DNA of 63,204 nt, filler included, from Sphacelaria rigidula (taxonomy: Eukaryota), in the NCBI GenBank assembly GCA_964200075.2. It is 5 parts of 5 records of this genome, joined end to end, with 100 filler letters (N's around TTAATTAATTAA, not from the genome) between each part and the next. Parts side by side here need not be neighbours in the genome. Positions count along the whole stretch, not along the records: positions 25,323 to 37,883 come from CAXNAA020003627.1; 4 more parts are not named here. The stretch is one strand, 5' to 3'. Both the position numbers and the translations under genes were made by a program. Below, in pieces: positions 26,820 to 37,983 of this stretch. Within the stretch, counting starts at the first letter, position 1, and each line of letters begins with the position of its first letter. Under the pieces are notes generated by a model. That model ran no database searches. It saw only the letters and a list, made by a program, of their open reading frames with translations, and had not been told where the DNA came from.

Positions 26820-29800
26820 GCAACAACACATGCTAAAAAATTCGAACAAAAATGGCACATACAAGCGAAGTCCGAGAACGTACCGATACCCCTCCGTCCG
26901 TAGCTCCCCTGGCGCCCCGCCGGGTTGGGGTAGAGGCAGCGCTAAGCACCCTCTTTCCCACGCCTTCAGCATTGAGTGCGGCGGCCGCCGCCGCCAGAAT
27001 TCTCAACGAAGACGTTTCAGACCTCGGTCGTCGCGGTCTTGTTGTCTCGCCCGTTCCCGGTCCCGTAACTGGCGGCGGCGGCGGGAAAACAACACCGTCG
27101 CCACCCGCGGCGACCGCAGCGGCCATGGCCGCGGCGGCTGCGGTCGTCGCCGCCAGCCTGGTGCACGCTTCAGTGGCAGCCTCGTGCCACACAGCGGCCT
27201 CCGCGATCCACCTCGTCCACACCAGTGCCTCCTGCTCCGTGGAACAGGCGAGGTGTAACGAACGCACACCGCTGACGCTTGTCCTCGTCGTCGCTCCTGC
27301 TCTGGATGATGTTCCACGGGACAGGGATGTCGCCGTCGATGATCTTCTAGAAGAAGGGCCGAGAAAAGATGACAAAGATGACGCGGAAGAAACCGCGCGG
27401 TCCTGCCCCGGTCGCGAGAAATTTGAGAACGACGCCAGCTCCTCGACTCCATCCCGCCCTCGTCGACCACCATCAAACCCGATGTTGTTCGTGCTGCGCA
27501 TGGTGCTGTACATACCCCAATTAGTCCGGCTATTGGACTCCACTCTGCCAAAACTGTTTCTGCCAAAGCTGCTGACCCTGCCAACGAAGCCTCCACGCCC
27601 CCCTCCGCCGCTCTTGCCGCCAACGCTACTGTCTGTAGGCCCACCACCATGCGAATCATCTTCGTCGTCGCTGATATAGTAGTGCGTCTCTCCCCCATCC
27701 ACCCCACCGGCCCCGCCCGGGACGACTTTCACGTATTTCCCGCTGATGCGTTGCTCCTGCGGGGGGTCTCTGGAGGGATGATTGCCACGATGTCCGTTTG
27801 TGCTGCCGCTCGCGTGCTTGGCTGTACGTGTCGAAACAGCTGTGGTTTGGTTGGTTGTGGACGCTGAGGCCACCGCTTCGGCGTCGGCAGGGTCGATGCT
27901 CGTGCCCGGGAATATGAAGTCATCGGTGTTGCGGCGCTGAATAAGAGAGCCGTCGCCGTTGCCGTCACCATCGGGGTCAAGAAATGATGATGCGGCGCCG
28001 GCGGCGATGCCCGGCGATGGAAGCGACTGATGAGGAGGTTGATGAGGTAGGGATTGCGAGCGAGATCGCGTCTGTGTCTGTGTCTGCTGCGCCTCTTGCG
28101 CCGGCAGGCTCGGGAAGGTGATGACAAATGGGAACAGGTCGCCGCTTTTGGCCGTGCCAAGGGTGACCTCAGCTCCCTGTTTCATGTTTCATGTTGACGA
28201 AAAGGGGGGCGAAGGTTGTTCACACAATCTCCACCGTGATGAAATTTTCGAAGAGAATACATCAACGACAATAGTAGGAGTAACAACAACAACAGCAGCA
28301 GCCGCAACAACAACAACAACAACGGTGATAGACAAATATAACCCGAAAACATCAGGAAAGCCCTTCGCGGATGCACGCACACACGCACACACCTACCTTG
28401 AGCGATATCGTCTTTTCACTTTCCCCCGACCCCAACCCTTTGAGCAGGGACAGCGTAGGGGGCGGAGGCGCCGGCACACTGCCCCCGGCTACCATAGCAT
28501 TCTCGTTGGCGTTCGTGGTGGCAGGAGGAAAGCGGAGCACAGCATATCGTCGTCGATATGCAAATCTTCCTCGCAGCGTGTCCCTCCGCTTGTACAGGTA
28601 CCCCTTGATTACAAACCAGGCACAAGCGGGGAAGCGAACAGGGGTCGGTTGTTGGATTCCGAGTGCAAGGTTTCAGATACGGTATATGAAACAACAGTAC
28701 CGTAAATATGTCATCAAAAAATGAAACGAGGGAAGAAGGAGAGGCTTTTCGCACCCCCTTTTCATCCTCGACTACCCGCATAATACCAATTATGCGCACG
28801 GCAAACTGTGGGAATGAGTTGCCAACGACGAACACACTAATACCAGAAGCACTATCGACCACGCCGCCAACGGCGACGACGACAACAACAACAATCACCA
28901 GCACGACATTGCCAAGCCTCCCAAAACAAAAACATAAACGGCTGCCCTTCCACCATGCACTTACCATCCTATCTACTGTCTTCAGACCCCCGAACACGGG
29001 AACGTCGCCATGCCCGCCTAGCCCCCCCGCGCCCACACCGCCTTCGCCCACCCCCCTACGCATCCCAATAGGTCCTCTCCTGCCCGACGTACCCCGTTCG
29101 GCGACGGCAGCAACACCACTACTGCTGGTTGCTGCCGCCGCGACTCCATCGACGCCCGCCTCCTCGCCCAAGCCGACCACGACACCATCCTTATCCTCCG
29201 CCAATTCCGCCATCGGCAACTCTACCTCTTCAATATTCCCTCGACCGGGCGCAACAGCAGCAAACGCAGGAAGTGACTGCTGTTGCCGAGTTTCCAATTT
29301 CCCATCATGATCAATAGCACTATTCATTTTGTTGCTGCTGTCCGCTACAACTGCGCTGCCGCCGCCGCGATAGGCCGCCACGGTCGACGATGAAACACCA
29401 TCCTCGACGCCCGCCGGCGATAGCGCGTCGAACTCGTGTGACCCGTAGGGAGACGGCGGAGGCATCTCTCCTTCCGCGTAGGGGTAGGGGGATTCCCCTG
29501 CCCCGCCTTGCGCCCCCCCACCATCGGCGCCAGCGCTGTTGCTAATGCTCGCGAAGCGGCCAGATGGGCCGGACCCCGCCCTCGATGTGGTCATCGATGG
29601 TGGTTCGTCGGTAGAAGTGGAGGCGGAACGCGGGTTTTCATGATAATTGCTGTCGCGGCTCATGATTTCACTAATACTACTCATGGGGCCCCCAGCGCCA
29701 TGACTGCTATCGCTACGGCTGACATTATCGATAACTATTCTGCTGCTTGGATAAACAGCACCATTTTTGGTCGGGACAGCGGCGGCGACGTTCGGAAGTA

Positions 29801-30032
29801 CTGGCATTCCCAGCAGCGGGGCTGTGGTAGTATCGCTTGTGGGGATCACGGCGGCAGTCGCCTTCATGTTTGGCGGGGTGTCCGCCGTCGTCGAGGGAGG
29901 GTCCGAGCTCGCCGTGCCTTCCGATGAAAAGTCGGGGTGGATTTCTTCGGCTGGCGAAGGGTTGTTCCCCAGAGGGTCCGGGGCAACGTAGGGCTGCGGG
30001 GACGCTTTTGAGGGGTCCATTGTGATGAACGC
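26374..30032 (-). CDS. PH-domain-containing coding exons; probably the 3' part of the CRAL-TRIO gene
   Basis: Exons 30032-28965, 28603-28397, 28176-26884 and 26558-26374 are phase-consistent. Splicing gives VDRM|GYLYKRRDTLRGRFAYRRRYAVLR..TLSLLK..EKTISLK|GAEVTL..FPFVITF ... RSLHLACSTEQEALVWTRWIAEA, i.e. PH strands plus the C-terminal Trp helix. The 28603 acceptor is AAG. Confidence 0.8.
26777..26829. repeat. (CAA)n microsatellite in an intron
   Basis: Directly visible. Confidence 0.9.
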
Positions 30033-31123
30033 CTGTGTGATGTGTACGCATTCAAGGGCAAAACATACGACGGGGTATTTAACTTTCGCGCGCGCTCAGA
30101 CCACGCAACCTCATCGAGCTCGTCCGTTTTCCCCCCGTGTACTCATCGGAATTTTTATTCGGCCTGCCAGCCACAACAGCTTTCTCTCCCGCACGCAGCT
30201 TCCGTTCGCGTTGTACGTTTATGATACCGACTTGCGAAGCAGTCCTAGCGTGCTACAGTGCAGTAGTACAGGATGAATACGCACGTATGAAGAGGTGTTG
30301 GCAGGCTTGGAAGGAGGCGTGTGTAACACACAAAGTACCGCCACATCAGTCACGAAGGGGGGCGTACTCATTTATTGCCTGCCTGAAGTAATTTGACCGC
30401 TCACCACGCATCCCTTTCGAGACGGAGCACCATTCCTACTCCTAGTAGAGGCGTCGAGGAGGGGGGGGGGGAGGTCGTTCGTACATGACTACAGTAAGCG
30501 CAGTGTTCTATTTCATTTCCGGACAAGTAGAGAACATGGTTGCTTTTAGACGTCACGAAAGGCCTGGAAACAAAAAAAGATGGGAATTGTAACAGGACGT
30601 CCTACACATGGTTGCCACAGAGCAAAACCAGGAATGACTTCTACAGTCCATCATTTGGACCAGGTACGTGCAGTGTGAATGTTGTACGACAGCACCTCTG
30701 CCACCACTCACAACGGCTGCCCGGAATCCCCGGACGTGTTTCTGCTGTTTTCCCCTTTTTTCATGCTTGACACGTGGACGACAATTAAAACACGATTCCA
30801 GGGTTTTGCACGCCTCGATAAAAATTCATCGTTTCATTTTTTTTTTTCTCCCTCTCATCGTTCTCTTGCAGATCCACCTACTCAGCACGCTTCTCAACAT
30901 TGTTTGAGCAGCGGCACCACCAGCAGCAGCAGCAGCAACGAGAGAGAGCCTTGCCTCTTCGTACTACCGAACACTATCGTGCTCTCTTTCGGAGGGTACC
31001 CTTCCAAGAGGATTTCCTTCCATTTGTGGCGTACGCACCGCACATTTTTCATTTCAACAAAGCCTGTGCTTTCCTCCTGCTTGACCCTCCCTACACAAAC
31101 CCTCCTCATTTTTCGTCTCGTAC

Positions 31124-34100
31124 CTCGAGAGTCTCTTGCGTGAAGGATTCCAGCAATACGGGGTCCTGAAAGCTCGACAGCAGCCTGATCTTGTCGGCCG
31201 TCCCCGGGTCGATGAACGACGAAATCACCTGTATTTTGTTTGTTTTTCCCCCGACGGGCCGCAAAGCGCCGAAAACATGAGTCCAAAGCGCAGGTCATCC
31301 TGGAGTACGCGGTCTGTCAGCCTGTGTGTTGTCGTTCCATCTATTCTGGACGCCGGTCTACACCTTTCGGTGTATGTGGGCGCATCAGCCGGGGTCACAC
31401 ACGAGTTTTTTCTTCCCGTGTGTTTCCATAGACCACCTTCCTTCTGCAGTGATTGCCGTTATTTTTTATTGCGAAAGGGATTCAGCAGTCCTTTTCTCTC
31501 GTCGACTCTTGAATCGAATTTTGTGTACCCACGACATAGTTGCGCTCCACTGTTGGGCATGGCGTGAAAAAAAATCTCAGATCGCTCCGAGATTCGAACC
31601 CACAACCCAACCATCAGAAGGATTCAAGGTTGCAAACTGAGCCACCGGGGCGACTGGCTCAGAATATCACGTCAAATATGTTTACATAGAAATACATGGT
31701 TGATTGATTGATTGTTGTGCATCAACTCATCACCGAGGGACCTAGACATGGTCACAATATGAGAGCCCGGAAATGGTTTGTCCAACCATTATTCAGTTAA
31801 ATGGTACATAATAGTTCGATCATCGAGTGGCGCAGCCGCGAGCCAAAAGACCCCCCTCGACAGATAAGGGCCCGCTGGAGGCGTCGTGCCGGAGGCACAT
31901 TTTTTCGCGATTTGACGTCAAATTTGGGCCGAACTAGAGCTGAAAAATACGTCAAATTTGGGCCGAACTAGAGCTGAAAAATACGTCAAATTTGGGCCGA
32001 TTTTCCAGGGCTGTATGCAGCATAGGCAGCCGGTAACGGAAAATAATGGTTCAAAACCACTGTTCAAAGTTTTCATATAAACCATTACAATTATCACCAT
32101 TATAATGATAATGGCCAGTTATAACTGGTACCATTTCTGAGGTCTACATAATATACAAGTATCCACGGTGAACAAAACGGAAGCATCTGCCAACTATGTC
32201 CACATATATAGATGTGTAGACGGGCTGAACGGGCCAGGATGCGCGAGATAGTATAGGAAGGCATGTGCAACGCACGGAATGAAACTGCAGGGAGCACAGA
32301 GAGAAGCCAAACGTATAATTCAGAGACGCAAAGACGCTTTTTGAGGAAGAAAAACCAATCAAATGAATGGGCGAGGAATGAAAGAATTAGTTGTTAGGGG
32401 GTGGGAGGGGGGGGGGAGGGACAGAACCAAACAAGACAAAAGCTGGAAAAACAGATGTGGTCATTGCACCTTCCATGCCATGACGATTATGGGCCCACAC
32501 GGCACGACGTAAGTCGCGAACTGGCTCTCCGGGAAATTGTTCTCGATGATGGGCGTCGCTACCTTCATCAGCTGAACATACGGATAATAAACCGAGGGGA
32601 GGAGGGGGGGGGAGGGGGCAAGGACCATGATGAAACAGGAAAACAATCCGGCGGGGAAGGGGAAGAGAGAGACGTATATCGGTGAGTGTTTACTTTAGTT
32701 CACGTCGTCAAAGTACAGTAGCCTTCTTTTTCTTTTGTCATGTACGTTTCATCATACTTGTATTTCCAGCGCGCACTATGAAGCAATCATATGTACAGTC
32801 CATGAGCATTTTCGCGCAAGATGTAACAGTACCGAGGCTTCATCAGCCCCGTCCCCTGGCCCACGAGACAGGCCGATTCGAGCACGTGCCAGCATGCACC
32901 TTGAAACAGAACCTCAATATTTTTACCCGAGGGCTCTCGGTATGCCTCTGGTCGGGGGTTGCTATTAATAGGGTGAGGGTTCAACCAAAAACAGCACTTG
33001 GAACGTGATTTACCATGAAGTATGGCGATGAGATGGGATTGGCGTGCCTTCCGGTACTCAACTACTGATCATCCTGGGAAGCAAGGGGGATGTACTCATG
33101 ATATTGCATGCTGCAGTCATGAGACCATTGACCTCGCATCCCTACAAAGCCGGGGCGGAGCAGACCGGATTTTCGCTGAACCAGGCTCGCAATTGATCAC
33201 CAAGTGCGACGCGCTGTGTTGTGCTCGGCGAGTCGCACGAAGGGTAAGATGCATCCTGCCAAGATTGTTCCGCCCAAAGCCTATTGAGTATTTTTCATTT
33301 TGATGATAGCCTACAATAAGTTGCTTCCTTCCGACAAGGTTGTGAGAAGATGTGATGTCGGTTACAAGTATTTTACAACGAACGGCGCGTGGGGAGGAGG
33401 GTTCCGCACGTTTTTCCGTGCGTGAAGACCGTGACGGAACAACTGTGACCAACAAAACGAGACCGCACTGAGGAGGCAAGGGGAGAAAAAACGCCACGGT
33501 ACAACCGCGAATGCCCAGCACTGCACAGCACACCCGGAATATGTAGCGAGTCTGCAACAAGACGCTACTCCACAACACCACACGTGATACATTCAACACC
33601 CAAATAAGGCGGCTCTCACTTTCCGGTCCATGTTGTCCCTACCAGCGCCTCGGCAGTCTAGGATGAGACAGAACTTATACGCTGGAGCGAAGTCTCGGAA
33701 TCCCTTCTCCAGCAACTGACAGTAGTACCGCACCTGGAGCACGCGACAAAGAAGGAAATTTTGGTATAAACGAGATACGAACGAAACAATTAGTAAACAA
33801 GCGGCGACGCGTTCGCTGCGAAATTGCTGGTGACATTATTCCGCCACAACCTGCAGTGGCGAAGAGGTGGGTAGAACGGGGCCGACGGCGGACGCGCGTT
33901 GACCACATGTCGGCACCAGTGCACATGCACAGAATCATTGATTCTGTCAGTCCGAATAGCGTGCTCGATCCTTGAAACGATTGGGCTGAGTACCGGCGCG
34001 GCCAGCCAATACACTGGATTTTGCCAATACCTTGGGCCTTTGGCGAAGTCCCGCCTGGGACACCCCCGCTGGAGGCACCCCCGCTGGAGGCGCGCTTTCA

Positions 34101-34907
34101 CGCGAATTTGGCTTCACAAGAGCATTAAACAAATGCGTTTCCCTTGAACAATGAGGCGTTATAGCGGAACGTACGTAAAGGGGAAAATACTGGCGATAGT
34201 GGCTTTGAAACCCTGTTTACTTCAAGCTACTTCTAAACCACCCAACCCGGCTCTCACTACATTGCATCAGCAATCATATTAGACTAAACTCCATCCTTGG
34301 GCTGCGACATGGCAGACACCGGCCTTAGATTGACCCCCAGAGAACAAGCGAGAAACAAATGATTTGACATTAATAAGAGCCATGATGCATGGTTGTCAGG
34401 GGTTGGGGAAGGGATTTGCGGTGATGCTCACAAGCAGAGAGAAAACTGCTCCGCAACAGCGTCGGGATTGGCGGGGTGGAAAAGCAGTCAGCAATATTTT
34501 TGTTCTCAAAGGCAGCCTCGCTTACACCCAAGCGATCAGTTGGCCCCTGGACTACAAATACTCATTCTACGACAGGGGCATTTGTTTCCACTAAGAAGTG
34601 AGGTGAAGACGTTGGCATTGACGGACTCTGGAATATGATTACAATACCGCCCTACCTCGCACTCAAAAGGGGTACGAACGAACTTAAATCGAGGCTGCAG
34701 CAAAAAAAAAAAGAAGCGAAACACTCGGACCTTTTGCTCAGCGGTAACGTCCTTGCTTGTCTCCGACCTCTTGTGCTGGGACGCACGAAACACGAGGCAC
34801 GGTCTGCCTGCCTTATCGAAACCGCTCCAGTAGAATTCGTTTTCCAGGCCCAACCCTGACATGTCTTCCTCCACGATAGAGTCCATCCCGTACGACGCGC
34901 GCCAGTC
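31124..34907 (-). CDS. CRAL-TRIO (Sec14-like) lipid-binding domain, four exons; N-terminal exons not found
   Basis: Phase-0 exons 34907-34731, 33733-33620, 32571-32470 and 31228-31124 with CAG/GT borders splice to DWRASYGMDSIVEED..FYWSGFDKAGRPCLVFRASQH..QK|VRYYCQLLEKG..KFCLILDCRGAGRDNMDRK|LMKVATPIIENNFPESQFATYVVPCGPIIVMAWK|VISSFIDPGTADKIRLL..ETLE. All typical Sec14 motifs are present in order. Confidence 0.9.
31323..31658 (-). mobile_element. tRNA-derived SINE, copy 2 (intronic)
   Basis: Aligns by eye end to end with 9803-10157; A box TGGCTCAGTTTG, B box GGTTCGAATC. Confidence 0.8.
31915..32000. repeat. 34-bp tandem repeat, ~2.5 copies
   Basis: acgtcaaatttgggccgaactagagctgaaaaat twice plus a partial copy. 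Confidence 0.85.
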
Positions 34908-36349
34908 CTGTCCCCGTGAGGTCATCACGTACAAAAGTAGCAGTCATCATGAACAACGTTGTTTGTCGGGGATACCAGTTGCAGTGTGTACGAATATCGA
35001 TACATGTGTGAGCCAGGAATATTTGTCTGGTTGGCGATTTTGGGCTCAGCGGAGAGTCGTTGCAGCTACGAGCTGGGCCAGCTGACAGTGATTATTAAAT
35101 GAATCCTGGCGATGAGATTGGTGATTCGAAGAGTAAGGCGCTGGAATTTTGACCCGGAATTTTTTATCATCAACCCGTGCAACATTATTGGGGGTGCAGA
35201 GGAAAAAACAAAGAAACAGGAAGTTAGAGTGAGTTGCAAGTTTCAGCAAAAACAGGGAAAATGCTAAAACTCCGTGATTTCTTTTTTTGATACGGCTGCA
35301 CTCCGGACAATGGTGTGGGCACTCGCGTTCAGGAGATCTTGGTGGATTTCCCGCCAAAAATACCTCGAATTGGGCGCAGCATCGCACTGTTCGCGTGACA
35401 CGGCCGCGCCCCTTTAATCCAAGTGATACAGAGGACTCCAGTGATGGACGCCATGAGTTCGATTGCCGACAGATTTTTTTTTCGTTCCGTCGTTGAGGTT
35501 ATATATTATGCAGTACATTTTTTTCTTCATTCAGCGGAGGTGCCGTGTGTTACCAGGTTGGTCTGGAGTTCACAGCGATATGCTCAAGTCGCGGTGACTT
35601 GGGAAACTTTGGGAGTTGTGGGGGTGCGAAGCGAATGCTGGATTTACTGCTGGCCCAGCTCGTACGTACGGAGTTTACGAGCCCCACTAACGTTCGGTCT
35701 CCCGTGCGCAGAAGAAGTATTTGACTACGTCATGCCCTGTCGTTTACTCCATTCAGCGCCGGAGGCTCCGGAACAAATCACATGTGCACCCTGGGATAAT
35801 GGATAATGGTAAGTACAAGTGCAAAACACGTACACTGGGTGATCGCCCCACGACCCGAGCTGCCTCAGAACAGCCCCAGCTGTGATACTGGATTTCCAGT
35901 CTCAGCTTCGAGAGTAGTGCTTTGAAATTTGGCGTCGAATATCGAAGGGGCAAAGTCAAGAACACGCATGTTGCACATCGTTCATTTCAACATTTGGGAG
36001 CAAAAAACAAGATTCATTTCTGAACAAAAAACGTCCTTCACTCAATATGAAGATACTAAATATGCAGCATACATATTTTGTTATTCCCCTTCCGATACTC
36101 CATACCACATTTCGAAGCGCAACTCTCAAGACTGAGGAGATAACATCATGTTTAGTGCATCTCTCAACAACTTCAAATTTAGCGTCGAGTCTTATGCGAG
36201 CCATCGCTCTCGATAATTAACGAACGAGGTGACGTGAAGGTATATATGATTTCCCCGTGCCCCAAGGGACGTTCAAACGAAAACTTAGCGTCATTGGGTG
36301 ATGGTACTGTGACAGGTTTTCGTATAGACCGTAGTAGACGTATCTTTGT

Positions 36350-37130
36350 ACATCACATGAAGGCGTTCGGTATCGAATGGCAGGGGTGGACTACCAGAGC
36401 CTTGAATGCAGTAGAGTGGCACACCCGTGTTGAACAGGGAGCAGAAAGGTCTACGGCGGACTGGTGCCAAGGGATGACGCAGAGGCAGCGATACGGCACG
36501 CGAAAGCTGCAGGCCAAGATGCACCGACAGCACCTCGGACCGACAGTACCAACAGCAACTCACCATAGCCTACACCAGATACGCAGGGCATGTATTTGGT
36601 CCCCATCTCTGCTTTGTTTCATCTTTTGTTCCTGGTGTGTGTGTGTGTTTTGCTTGTTGTTTCGTCTGTGCTTCCCCCCCCCCGCTGCCGGAACGAGCCT
36701 GGCTCTGTCTTCTTGTTCATTGTATTCCCTTTTTTTTACGTTCTATTTTTATTTTATATTTTTCATTCTTCTTCATGTTTCTCCTTTCTGTTTCTGATTA
36801 CGAGCTGGAGTGTTGTAATCAGCTACGTAATGCACCATCATCATCCTTTTTGTCTTTGTTCGTGCTTGTGTTTGTGTTTGTGTTTGTCGTTATTTTTTTG
36901 TTACTGCTGTTGTTTGTTGTTTGTTGTTTTTGTTGTTGGTGGTGGTGGTGTTTTTTGTTGTTATCGCTGCCCCCTTTCTTCCCTTTCTCAGGCCGTTGCT
37001 TCTGTCGTTTTTCTTTTCCTTTGTCTTTTATGTACTTGTTTTTTAAATTATTCTGTTCTATTTTTGTTACTCCTGACCACGGGCTGGATAGTTGCAGTCA
37101 GCTAATGTGAGATAATCAATCAATCAATCA
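36350..37130 (+). mobile_element. 5'-truncated non-LTR retrotransposon remnant (RTE-like ORF C-terminus, 3' UTR, (AATC)n tail)
   Basis: MKAFGIEWQGWTTRALNAVEWHTRVEQGAE..W resembles the Trp-spaced C-terminus of RTE-clade ORFs; followed by a T-rich UTR ending aatcaatcaatcaatca. Confidence 0.6.
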
Positions 37131-37560
37131 CAGTAATTACTTGACATGATATTTCATAAAGGAGGAATCATCTGGGCGCGCTGACAAGTAGATGGGCATC
37201 TTCCCCTGGATTAGACGACTAACAGGAAGTACGGACTATGGCCCAATTCCAATTCGTCTGCGTCGATGAGATATGGTCGTGATCGCTCAAGGCCCATTTC
37301 ATCCCTTCGGGCGCCGGAAGCCTCAGATGGGCCGGAAACGGACCCACGCAATCTAGCGCCGAAGACGGGGACTTCGGCCGTGTTCAAACCGCCATAGAAC
37401 GTGGATGAGGGGCTCGCGAATTCGAATTTCTGCGGCAGGGGGTGTTACCTGGGATAAGTGGGTGAGACGGGAGTACACCAAAACTAAAATAACCCCAGAT
37501 GGACCGCTTACTTGCAACTTGAATAGGTCCATGAAACAGACCGGGTCGTCACGGCGGTAT

Positions 37561-37819
37561 AACACTTTCTACGATAGCCCCTTCCAAAACCAGCGCAATA
37601 GTGTCACGAAAGAAATGATCATACAGCGCCTGGTGTTTGGATTCAGGCTGCATGAAGCGCCTCATATGGGTAACATTGGCGAAAACGAAGCCAAGCGTGG
37701 GAATTTCCAGCTGCTCGTTATGCTCAGCTTTATCATTTCGACTGACGTCAAGATTCCCCCCACCCAAAAACCAGGCACTTTTTTCTGGGGGGGGGGGGGG
37801 GGTTAGGGTAGGAAGTGTG
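37561..37819. mobile_element. MITE, GACAC-TIR family, degenerate right TIR
   Basis: Starts aacactttctacgatagcccc; interior is the reverse complement of 40349-40601. Confidence 0.7.
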
Positions 37820-37883
37820 GTTAAAAAAAAAACTGTAATTTTTGGTACGGCCATCAAGCGAAAAAGTTGGCCATCTTTCCACC

Positions 37884-37983
37884 NNNNNNNNNNNNNNNNN
37901 NNNNNNNNNNNNNNNNNNNNNNNNNNNTTAATTAATTAANNNNNNNNNNNNNNNNNNNNNNNNNNNNNNNNNNNNNNNNNNNN
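37884..37983. other. Artificial contig spacer
   Basis: Same 100-bp linker. Confidence 0.97.

Noticed and set aside
30634-30907. Possible small plus-strand spliced gene (cag|gtacgt at ~30663, ttgcag| at ~30871)
   Set aside because: Yields only ~20 residues with no homology cue and lies within the inferred minus-strand intron.
36590-37110. Hydrophobic membrane-protein ORFs
   Set aside because: Translation of T/G-rich low-complexity LINE 3' UTR.
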